Of a stretch of DNA of 64,000 nucleotides, positions 25,550 through 39,700 are shown piece after piece. Below the pieces are notes generated by a model. That model did not search any database, was not told the DNA's origin, and was given only the letters and a program-made list of their open reading frames with translations. The DNA comes from Phaeosaccion multiseriatum. Lineage: Eukaryota > Protista > Ochrophyta, other classes. Position numbers and translations under genes: made by a program. The first letter of the stretch is position 1. The number at the start of each line of letters is the position of its first letter. The stretch is from assembly GCA_965112735.1 (NCBI GenBank), contig OZ218950.1, forward strand, positions 1,550,001-1,614,000. Direction: 5' to 3'.

Positions 25550-26242
25550 AGTCGCTTCTTCTCCATGTGCCAAACGAGTGGTGCCTCCATCCAAGATAAC
25601 GGTCGTTCCGGCGCAGCTGCATCGACTTTCGACGGCTGTCTACCTACCCACATACCTTCAGCTGTCTCAAGGCAAAGCTCGAGCTGAGCGGCTGTGTCGA
25701 GCTGAGCTGCTTTGTCAGTCGGCCGTTAGATGTGGACCGTTTTGTCTCCACCCACCTTCAACGTACCGTGTCGACACTTTTGTCTCTACCCCACCTCCAC
25801 CTCCGCCTTGACTGCCAATTTTTGACCGTCGTTCTGCTGAGTTTTTTTTTCTTATTTTTGTTCAATTTTTCACCGTCTGTACTTCATATACAATTTTTAT
25901 CGAACAGTGAATAGTGCAAGTGAGTACAGTGTCCTCCTTCCTCACACCCCAAGAGCGTTTCATGGTCTGTTCTGGGGTCTACTCGAGGAACGGAGGAGAG
26001 GAGGGGGTCAAGCGCGGCAGGCTTGATTAGCTATTGATTCAACTATTTTTTTACGTACAATTTTTATTTTTTATTTTATTTAGTGTTACGTATTGGCTCG
26101 ATGACCTCTTATATGTACACGCCCGAGTATATGTACACCGGAGGGGCCGGCGAGGAAAGTGAGGTGCCACACGAGAGTGAGAGAGCGAAAGAATGGATGG
26201 TTGGCAGAGGTGAGAGTCTACAGATGGCAAATGTTGTAGAGT

Positions 26243-28060
26243 CTACACAAAGACGCGAACGCACTGCAGCACCGCGGCTCTGCATGTGGGGCACTTGCCC
26301 TTGGCCACGGTCGCATGGGCACAGCTCTCGTGGTAGGGCCCGTGCCCGCAGGGCAACAGCACCATGGGAGGACCCGAGATGTCTCCCCAGCAGATGACGC
26401 ACTCCTTCGCATGTACCACCACCTGCTGTGGTGCCGGCTCCTGCCCCTTGCTCTCCTCCACCCCTCCACCGTCCCTCCCTCCAAGCGCCTCCACAGACTG
26501 GGCAGGAGAGACGTCGAGCAAGGTCTTGCGCAGCTCAGAGAAGGTGGGGCGGTGGGCGGCCTTGTCTGCCCAGCAGCGCTGCATCACGCCGCTGTAGACG
26601 GCGTCCGGGCAGCCCTCCGGCCTCGTGAGACGGACACTTTGCTCACAGACCCGCGCTACCACCACCTCGTCGTCCAGGGTGGCAAAAAATGGCTTCAGGC
26701 CGTATGTCCACAGCTCCCACAGCAACACCCCAAACGCCCACACGTCGGACTTCTCGCTGAACCTGCCCCTCAGCATGGCCTCCTTTGACAGCCAGCGCCT
26801 GCTCCCCGTCTGTCCCGATGCGAAGTAGCCCGTGACCTTGACGAGCACCTTCGCAGGGTCGTGCGCGTCCCAGCCGTACACGAGAACGTTCCGTGCGGCG
26901 AGACTGCCGTGCACAAGCCCCTCATTGGCCAAGTGCTCCATCCCCTTCCGCACCTGCCTCGCCACCTCCATCAGCACCTCGTCTGCGGCGCACTCGTCTC
27001 GCTCCTCCATCTCATGCAGCACCGCCAAGAGCGAGCCGTGCGGGGCCACCTCATGCACCAAGTACACCCCCTCATGACGGTCGTCCATTCGCGCGTGCAT
27101 CTTCCCCAGAAGCGGCACCAAGTGGCTGTTGCGGCCCAGACGTAGCAGCGCCTCCTCTGAGCGCAGCTCGGCTTTGGAGGGCACGGCCACCACACTCACG
27201 TCGCGGCCCTCCCATCTTGCCCGGTACTCCTGCTGAGCCCTGTCGTGGGTCGAGGCGCCTTTCACTGCCTGCATGGACGGACAGAGCTGCTGCGGCGAAA
27301 TGGACTGTACCCTCGCCGACTGACTGGTGCTGGCGATGGTGCTGAAGGTCCTTGTGGCGGCTGCTGGGGAGGGAAAGGGTGGGGGCAGGGTCCCGAGTGG
27401 AGGGAAGTCGGCTGACATGGACATTTCGGACATCGCCGAGGCCAGGGCCGCCGCTGCTGGTCTTTGTTCGGGTACCCCTGGAGGCCCTCTTGAGGACGCA
27501 TGAGAGAAAATCGCCCGAGGCAGCCGTGTCGCCCACGATACTGGCGGTGACGGTGACAAAAGAGCTGGTGCTTCTTCCCCTCCTTCGGTGCCTGTGGGGG
27601 TCACTCCTGCTGCTGATGCCACTGGCATTGCTGCTCCTCCGCCGCCTTCTCCTGTCCCTCCTCTTCCTACTGTTCCTCCTCCACCTCCTCGTCCTCCTCC
27701 TCCTCCTCCTCCTCCTCCTCCTCCTCCTCCTCCTCCTCCTCCTCTTCTTCTTCCCCCTCCTCCTCCTCCTCCTCCTCCTCCTCCTCCTCCTCCTCCTCCT
27801 CCTCCTCCTCCTCCTCCTCTGCCTGCTGCTGTTGCTACTACTGCTCCTCCTGCTGCGGCTCCTGTTTCTCCTCTTCCTACTGCTGCAGTTGTTGTGGGTG
27901 TCACTGTTGCTGCTGGTGCTCCTGTTGCTGCTGGTGCTCCTCCTCCACCTCTTCCTCCACGTTCTCCCCCTCCTCCTCCTCCTCCTCCTCCTCCTCCTCC
28001 TGCTCCTCCTCCTCCTCCTCCTCCTCCTCCTCCTCCTCCTCCTCCTCCTCCTCCTCTTCC

Positions 28061-28092
<32 letters not shown>

Positions 28093-30891
28093 CTCCTCCC
28101 GCTGCCGTCATTCCTGCCTCTCCTTCTGCTTCTGGTTCCAGAGCCGTTCCAGCGCTGGTCGGCCGGTTCTTCTTCCTCCGCGTGCGTCGCGAAGCCGTGG
28201 GAGGGGGTAGAGGCGAGGAGGGAGTAGGAGCAGAGCGTGGGGGAGGAGGAGTAGACCGACGAGGAGAACGAGCAGGAGGAGGCGTGGCCAGCGGGCACAG
28301 CAGGCCGTAGTAGCCCATCACGGCAAGAAGCCGACACGGGCCCGTCCAAGCTCTTGCACCTGAAGGATAGAGAGGCGTGACAGGAGCAGACATGAGGGTA
28401 CAGGGGGGTACAGGCGGGCGACTCGTGCACAAGATACAGAAGTACCGCGGCTGAGTGTGTGGCAATGAAGAGAGTCCATTGCATTGCCTGGGTCCGATGT
28501 GCAAAGACACTCACCTCGCAACAGCATCTCCATGGCGTAGTGCTCTTCCCTGGCGGCCGCTTCCACGGCAGCTGCGACGTTGTCCGAGTTGTCGTCGCAC
28601 TCGCTCATCTGGAGGAGGTGGAACATCCGACCCATCCTTCCCTCTGCCGCAATCCTGGCCAAGACGTGCATCTTTGGCTTGAGTAGGCGACCGTCGGACT
28701 TGGACCTGCGTTGAGCGCCGAACAACTCGAGGACATCGGTGATGCGGTCCGCGAAACCCTCGCTGGCCTTCCCGTGCGAACAGGGCGGGGCTGGGTCTGT
28801 CGGTGTATTCTCGACTGTTAGTAGGTTGTCGCAATCCCCTGTTAAGCAAGTTTGGCACAGCCCCATCTTGGCCAGCTCTAGTGGTCCCAATTTGGATGTA
28901 TTGCACAAGTTCGGATCCGCGCCGTGCTCCAGCAAGAGAGTGACAGTATCGAGATGCTTCCCGTAAACAGCGTGCATGAGAGGAGTCATCTGCTTGCTAT
29001 CGCGGGCATCAATCACCGCCCCGCCGCGAAGAAGGGCGGCCGTAGTCTGACTATATCCTCGATTGGCGGCCTGGCCCAATGCGGTAATATCATGCTCGTT
29101 TTCCACTGCGTGTACATCAACCCCTCTCTCCAAACACAGCGCCACCAGCTCCGCGGAGTGTTGTCGCTCTTCTTTGCACAGATTGGCTGTGCCTTGTATG
29201 AATATCATGATGACGTCCATATTGGCCCCGGCCTTGGCGTGTATGTTCGCCCCATGGTCGAGCAGGAGGTTGATCACATCGAGACTACACCCTTCCTGCG
29301 CGGCATAGAGCAGCGGCACCATCCCACCATCACATGCGGCATTAACGTCGGCCCCGCGTTGAAGCAAGAGCGCAGCGGCCTCCGGGCGCCCACCTTTCAC
29401 GGCCGCAAAAAGCGGTACGCTGCCCCTGCAGTCTCTGGCGTCGATATCCGCTCCTTCGTCAAGCAATAGCCGAATCACTTCGCAATGCCCGCCCCCCGCG
29501 GCCATACTGAGGGGAGTTCTTCTAAGGCTCGAGCTGCGGGTATCTACATCCATTCCCCTCTCTCGGAGAAGTCTCACCATGCGACAGAGCCCCGCATCGG
29601 CGGCATGGTGCAACATGGAGTCGCCCATGTAGTCCTTTGCATACAGATCTGCGCCGGCGTCCAGCAAATACTCTACAACTTGGTGGTTCTCAGGCTGACG
29701 CAAAGAAACCAAGATTGGTGTTCCTCCGCCGGAACTGTCGTCCTGTCTCGCGTCCACGTCAAGGCCATACTTCTCCACGAGCATCTTGACCAGCTCCAGG
29801 TGCCCATATGCGGCCGCACAGTGCAGCAGTGTCCGCCCCGAAGCATCAACATGTGCACATACATCTGCGCCCGCCGAAGCAAGGAGATTGAGCACCGCAG
29901 CGTGTCCACCCTCCGCTGCAAATCGAAGGGCTGCTACACCACCACTGTCGTCGAGTGCGCTCACATCCACTTCGGCCTCCAGAAGCAGCTCAACAACCCC
30001 AGAGTTCCCGTTCGCAGCAGCAATATCGAGTGGTGTGGCCTCGCTCTCATCGGAGGCATTCACGGCCGACCCTCTGGCCAGCAAAAGCTTGACGATCTCA
30101 CAGGACCCGCTGCAGGCAGCACGATGCAGCGCATTCCTCTTTTCTTCGTCATACGCGTGCACGTCGGCTCCCGCATCCAACAGAAGCCTGGTGACGACTG
30201 GGTTTCCATCCAGGGCGCACGAGAGCAGCGGTGTGAGCTGGTAAGCGTCACGGGCGTTGACACTGGCGGTGCCCCCGCTGGCGAGAAGCAGCTCAGCCAC
30301 GTCAGAGTGCCCCTTACAAGCAGCCCAGTGCAGAGGCGACTGCTGCAGAGCGTCCGTAGCATTCGTGTCCGCCCCGTGCTCCAAGAGCAGCGAGCACGCT
30401 GCGGTCAGTCCTCTCATAGCGGCGAGGCAGAGCGCAGTGGTCCCCCCGGAGGGTCTAAAGTCGACGCTGTTGGTGTGGTGCAAGAAGACCCTGGCGACCT
30501 CCAGGTTGTCATCCACGATGGCCCACTGCAAGAACGACAGACCGTGGGGGGTATTTTCTCTTCCGGCTCCATCACTCCATCGACTGATGACGGCAATCAC
30601 TCGCTCTGCAGACCTCTGCCTCTCAGACGCGTCCTTTCCGAGTGCGCGGGAAAGCTGCAAGAGCTCCATCTGCTCTGGGGATATGTTAAGCTCTGCGGTC
30701 CCGAGACAAACAGGGAGGGGAAAGAAGAGCGGAGAGTCAAGGAGGGAAGAGGGAAAAAAAAGAAGGAGATCTAGGGGAAGGGACAAGCAAGAAAGGGGGC
30801 TTTCGCACTCACCTTTATCCTTTTCCATTCTCCGCTCTTTCAGCTCTTGCCAGCCCTCGCTAGAACTGCCCTGCAGGATCAAACCCTTCAT
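26243..30891 (-). CDS. Ankyrin-repeat (about 16-17 repeats) / Gly-rich linker / tyrosine-kinase-fold pseudokinase / C-terminal RING protein
   Basis: ORF 28318-31137 (ankyrin TPLH-type repeats) joins ORF 26243-28510 in phase through intron 28514-28360 (CGA G|gtgagt...ttcag|GT GCA). Kinase motifs LAARNVLV, KSDVWAFGVLLWELWTYG, CW...RPTF; RING CVIC..LPCGH..H..C..CPTCR. The start (30891, or 30669) is uncertain. Confidence 0.85.
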
Positions 30892-31065
30892 GAGTAGCGT
30901 GTAGGGGAAGAGGGAGAGGGAATGAAATGAGAAGAGGAATGGATCCTCAAGGTAAGGCCCGGGCCCATGCAATCCATGACGTGCATCAATATGTAGAAAG
31001 CGAGTGATTCCTTTCGGCGTCTTGATACCTCCAGGGACACGCACAGCAGGACGAGAGAAAGAATC

Positions 31066-34074
<3,009 letters not shown>

Positions 34075-34215
34075 CCCTGCTGATGATACCTGGCTTCGTT
34101 GTCATATTTGGACTTTCTCAAGGACTTGGTCCAGATCAACGGCTCAATATGTCAGCTCTTTTGGTGCGGGGCAGCAGCGCCTCTACAACAGGGAGAATAG
34201 GGGGGCAGAAACGAA

Positions 34216-34478
34216 GAGGGCCACGATCACGGGGAGAGATTGGTGGCCCTGCTCCGACGGCGATGGCAGCTGACGATGGCTCTTGTTACCAGAGCAGGAG
34301 GGCCACGATCACGGGGAGAGATTGGTGGCCGTGCTCCGACGGCGATGGCAGCTGACGATGCCCCTTGTTACCAGAGCAGGAGGGCCACGATCACGGGGAG
34401 AGATTGGTGGCCCTGCTCCGACGGCGATGGCAGCTGACGATGCCCCTTGTTACCAGAGCTGGCCCTTGTTACCAGAGC
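34216..34478 (+). repeat. 82-bp tandem repeat, 3 copies plus a partial
   Basis: CCACGATCACGGGGAGAGATTGGTGGCC begins at 34221, 34303 and 34385 (period 82). Confidence 0.93.
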
Positions 34479-35316
34479 ACCGCCCCTTTTGGTTTTCGGC
34501 CGGGGTCGGTCGGTTGGTCGGGAGGGAGGGAGCAGCATTTGGGGCGGCGATCATTCCTTTCTTCCAATAGCCTTTACTATATAAAGTTCTCACCTGCCCT
34601 TACTTGGAGCGCCAGCAGCGACACAGAGAGTGGGGTAGGAGAGTTGCTAGGAGTGCAGAGCAGAGGAGAGGCAGCCCTTGGAAGGGGCAGAAGCGGAGGA
34701 AGCAGAAGCAACAGAGTAACAGAAGCGATTTGCCGCGAGGTGGCAAGAGGCCAGGGGACTTAAATCGCCAGCACTGGGAAGGAAGGAAGGAAGGAAGGAA
34801 GGTGCCTTCTTGCAGCGCATGCGTGACAGCGCCCACAGTCTGTTCGTGTTCGGTCAGGCTTCCACCACGGAATGGTGGCCCACAGTCACCGCTCAGCAGT
34901 GGAAGAGGGAAGCGACTTCGCAGTCGTCTCTGTGCATATTAGGAAAAAAAAACCCAATCGACCTCATGAGTCCGTGGCTGGTCCATCCAGATCATTTGAT
35001 GATTCTCACGCGAAGAATCGCCCAAAGACGGACAAATAATGAGTTGCAGCCCTCCCTCCTCATCAAAACTCTCTAAATTAATTTTTTATACAGCGCTCTT
35101 CCCGAAGCCCTCGAAAGGGAGGAAGTCGACATAGTGGCATGCCCAGCGAGCTTCCTCTAAGGTGGATGGTGGGGCAGACAGAGAGGAGCGCACCCACCCG
35201 TGGCTCCTTCGCGGGGCTATCTTCGACAGTGACCCCACAGTGACACGATTCCCCTTTGCTTCCCTGCAACGTCTTGCTCACTGCATCCTCAACAAGGCCC
35301 GTTCTTCTTAAGTCAA

Positions 35317-36691
35317 TTAAGCGGCAGGGATAGGCAGAGATTGGGCCAGCTTCCATACATAGCCCACGGCCCCGATAAGTGCCCCCAAATTGAGCATGCT
35401 CGAGGCGCCGTGTAAACTTCCGAACTGCTTGACGAGCTTGCGGTACTCGTCAGTGTTCTGTGAAGGAGGGGAGGGGGAGCGGAGAGGAGGGGTGGGGAGG
35501 ACGGGAGGGTAGCCGTCAGCAGGTATCGGTTGTGTGAATGTGCGTGTGTGTGCGTGCGAGAGAGAGAGAGAGAGAGAGAAAGGACAACGGGTCAGACATC
35601 CACAAGTCTTTTGGGGAAGGAAGGTCAACGGTCACCAGCCAATGCGTGCGTACCTTGTCCCCATTGTTCTCGATTTCGTAACGCTTGAACATGACGTCCG
35701 TGTTCATGGGCTCAAACACGAGGAGGTTGAGGATATTGCTCACGAGCGAGATGGTGAGACACCAGCCTGCGCTGCTGCGGAGGGGAAGCTTGGGCAGAGT
35801 GGTAACCATCATCATGCCAATCGCAGTGGCGTTGAGGACGAAGTAGAGGGGGAATAGCCGAGACTGTACCTTGCCTGAGGAGGAACCACACACATACATA
35901 CATACACACAGAGCGGGATGAACATACATACTCATATACACCAACACCAACCACCGAGAGAGACAGACAGACAGACACACACACAGAGCGAGATGAACAT
36001 ACTCACATACACCAACACACAGAGAGAGACAGACAGACAGCATCTCAAGAGGCAAGACTTTGCAAGCAACCGCCCCCGCCCCCCCACTGACCGAACATCT
36101 GTCGAGGTAGCGTCTTGAACATGGTAATGCCCGCAATAAAGGTTGTCCACAGAGAGCTCCCCAGCCACGCGGACAGGGCAACCAGGTGGAGGAACATGGG
36201 CGCCGCACTCTTGGCCCCGACCAGCTCCGCGCCCCCTCCGGTGGAAGCCACGAGGGCCAGCCCTATTAAAAACAGCCTCACGGGGTTCTTGTTGTGCAGT
36301 GCGGGCTGGATCCTGTGGGTCAAGCAAAGAAATGGAGGGAGGGATTGAGTTTTTGGTATCCGATTTGTTGTTCTCTTGCTGGTTTGCTGCTTCCTCACCA
36401 AGCCTGCTGCGATGAAGGATCCCATTTGTTCAGTCCGCCGGCTCCTTTGGGTCCGTCAGTAGCCGAGGCAGAGAGCCTGTTTTCCCTGCCCTTGCTGCCG
36501 CTGCTGCTCCATCCCTGCACTGCTCTCCTCCGTCTGACGCTTCTCAACGATTTCAACACGCTTCTTGACTTCTCTGCTCCTCCCGCCGTTGCCCGCATTG
36601 TCAAGGCATGCCCTTGCTGAGGTGCGAGCACAGTGAAGGCGGAGGCGAGTGGAAGCACTGCCAAGAGCAAGAGCAGGCGTGGAGGAGCCAT
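35317..36691 (-). CDS. TMEM205: TMEM205/DUF4149-family membrane protein with bipartite plastid-type presequence (4 exons)
   Basis: MAPPRLLLLLAVLPLASAF..; HLVALSAWLGSSLWTTFIAGITMFKTLPRQMFG|KVQSRLFPLYF; NLLVFEP; FGSLHGASSMLNL. Confidence 0.88.
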
Positions 36692-36779
36692 ATTAAGAGG
36701 AAGAGGAAAGAGGAAGAGCCCGGATATCGATGTGCTCGACATTTTCGCGAGGGACAGAGCGAGCGACAGAGATAACGCG
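36692..36779. promoter_or_regulatory. Putative bidirectional promoter region between TMEM205 and TBCCD1 start codons (88 bp)
   Basis: Divergent ATGs at 36691 (-) and 36780 (+). No transcript data. Confidence 0.55.
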
Positions 36780-39700
36780 ATGGTGCGGCTATGGCTGCGC
36801 AACGAGGTCTTTGATGGGGTGATACCTCTCCGCACTATTGCTACGGGAGGGGCAGGAGGTGGCGGCTCGCCGCTGAAGTCCAAGTCAAGTCAGCAAGGTG
36901 GGAGGGAGGAAGAGGGTGGAGAGGTAGAAGGATAGAAAGAGATGTTGAACGATAGCACAGCAAAGATGGGGAAGGAAGGGGCTGGGGGGTTTCGTTGGGG
37001 ATTGGGGAGGAGGAAAAGCTATTGCTCGTCTTGCACTTGCCCTTGGCGGTGTTTTTTCACGCCTCTCCTCCTCCTCCTGGTCGTCCTGCTCTTCCTCGTC
37101 CTCCTGCTGCTACTGCTGCCTGCCGTTCCACCCTCGTTGCTCCAGAAATCAACCAACAGCTCTTCTCGCTCGTGTCGGCGCTCCGAGAGGTGCACCCCAC
37201 CTCCGTGCGCTACACAACATGGATCACAGAGGGGTGGCGAGTGCTGCATTGGAGCGAGCCCATTGCGAAGCTGTTTTGGGAGCTCCTTTCTATCTATCAT
37301 GGGGAGCACGTAGGTAAGTAAATGTTAGGAGAGATGTAGGAAAGGGACGGGGCGGCGCGTGTGTCACACCTTTTACAAACCTACACAACCCCCCCCTACC
37401 CACCGTCTCCTTGCCACCTCTCAACTCGTGTGCCACAGCGCGGAGCAGCGAGAGCGCTGCAGGCAACGGTAGTGGCGCTAGCAGTAGCGGTGGGCCAAAT
37501 AGTAATGGCGAGAACGACGATGGTGGCAGCGGCGAAGGCAGTACAGCCGTCTCTGCGGCAGGGGATGGGGGCGTGGGCGGGGCGGCAGCAGCAGTAGGCG
37601 CCTCAGCCTCGGCCGCCCCAGCGCCCGCGTTTCCCTTCAGCCGGCAACAGCAACCGGTGGTGGAGGTCCCCATCCCCACGCTGTCGCTCTTCCTCTTCCT
37701 CTATCTTAGTCCCGACAGCACCACTTCGCGTGTGAGTGGGAATATCGCCTCGAAGTACGTGGACGTGATGTGGACTGATAACATGGAGGACGTGGACGAC
37801 CATCTGCACGACACCAGAGGAGGGGGCAAGGTGAGTGAATATATGTGTGTGTGTGTGAGAGAGAGAAAGAGAGTCTCTGAGAGAGAGACGAGGAGGATAT
37901 AGAGAGAGACAGAATGAGAGCGATAGAGAGAGAGCGCAAGAGAGGGAGAGAGTGAGAGTGAGACAGGGAGTAAGAGAGCGAGATAGAGAGAGTAGATGAG
38001 GGGGCAAGGTGAGAGAGAGATTGAGACGAGAGGAAGGGAGATACAGAGAGAGCAGGAGAGGAGGGCGCGCGAGAGGGCAAGAGAGAGAGAGAGAGGAAGG
38101 AAGGAGAGGAGCTTCTTATATTCTGGTGCGAAGAGGGAGGCGCATTGACTTACTAAATGCCTTCAGGGCTCTGCCGGTTTTGGTGGGTGGGAGGACGAAA
38201 GGATGCTACCTACCTACCTACCCGCCCACCTGCACACCTACCTACCCACCTACCTTCCTACCCACCTACCTTCCTATCCACCTACCTACCTACCTACCTA
38301 CCTACCTACCTACCTACCTACCTACCTACCTACCTACTTACCTACGTACCCTTGACTTCTCCAGTCACTGCTGCTGACCCGCGGCTCTCCTCACCCCCTT
38401 CTTCTTCCCCCTGTGATGTTGATGTACATACCTGTGTGTGCGTGCTTGGCGACTACGTACGTGTCATGTGTATACACGTATATATGCACGCGTGCGTCGT
38501 GACCAACCCTTGCTGGGGCATTTCAGATAAGCCCCCGGGATGGAGGGGGTTTCAGCACTCCCGGAAAGAGGTCTCAGGGCGGTGGGCTGTCGCCGAAAGG
38601 AGGAGCAAGGTGAGTGAGTCGAGCAAGGAGCACTTACTTGCCCAACCCCACCTCCTCGGTGCAAACACCCCTTTATTGGCCTATGTCATTGAGGCCAAAG
38701 CTCCGGAGAGATGGAGAGGGGAAATGGCACACACACACGGGTAGAGTCTTAAAGAACACGAAATCTCGCCATTCTCTTCACTCCCTTCACTCTCCACATA
38801 CACAGACGGAGTAGATCCCCCGGCAGTGGAGGTGGCCAGAGTCCCTCTTCCCCGTCGTCTTCCGTGTCTCCCACGAGGGCTCGAGCAATGCGTCTGCAGG
38901 CCAGGAATGCCGATGAGGCGCACAGACTGGTGAGTAGAGGCATATGGGGGAGGGGGAGGGGTGCTCTGTTTGTGCACTCATCGCCGATCTACGATACCTA
39001 GCTTGATGCGATATGGGCTTTTGAATGACCGCTTTTGACAAGGAAGGCTCTTTCCATGAAGGCAACCTTCCGCTAGGTGCTCACTAAGTAAGGAATGTCG
39101 GAATCAGATCTCCTCTCGTTCCATCTTATCTCATTTCGTTTCATCTTTGTCTTTTCCTATCTATCCATCGTCGGTGCTCCCCTCCCTCCCTCCCTCCCTC
39201 CCCTTCCCTCGCCACAGGTGTTTGTAAAGCGGAACCTGAAGGTGCTTTTGCAGCTCGTGAGCAGCGACCCCCTCGCTCTTGAGGCCTGCGAGGAGGAGAA
39301 CTTTACCGTTTCAGCAGCAGATGTGCAGAGACTTAGCTTCCTTGTGGAGGGGGGAGAGGTGCTAGAGTTGATGGAGGATATAGGGGGGGGAGGGGGAGGG
39401 GGAGGAGGAGGAGGAGGAGGAGGAGGAGGAGCAGCAGCAGCGTCGTGTCCCGTGGACACCAATCTGCTGCATACCCCTCTGCGACAGGCGATTCCCGCTG
39501 ACCTCAACACTGGTGTGGAGCTGTGCGACTATTTGGAGCACAAGCTGACTATCAACGAATCACTATACCCTCTGCCTCCCTCGCCCGCTGCGCCCTTCAT
39601 GAGTCCCCAAGACGCCGCCGGAGTCAGCACTTCGCACTTGAGTGATGAGGACGATGGGGGAGGCCACTCACCTGCTCCACATTCAAAGGTTGGTACTGCA

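Noticed and set aside
27072-28514. Arg-rich 480-aa ORF and the opposite-strand Leu/Pro ORFs
   Set aside because: Alternative frames of the GGA/CCT linker in the ankyrin-pseudokinase gene; only one frame continues into the kinase domain.
34216-34478. CRISPR-like array or canonical hammerhead ribozyme
   Set aside because: Units are contiguous with no unique spacers and there are no cas genes; the hammerhead stem III and NUH cleavage site cannot be placed.
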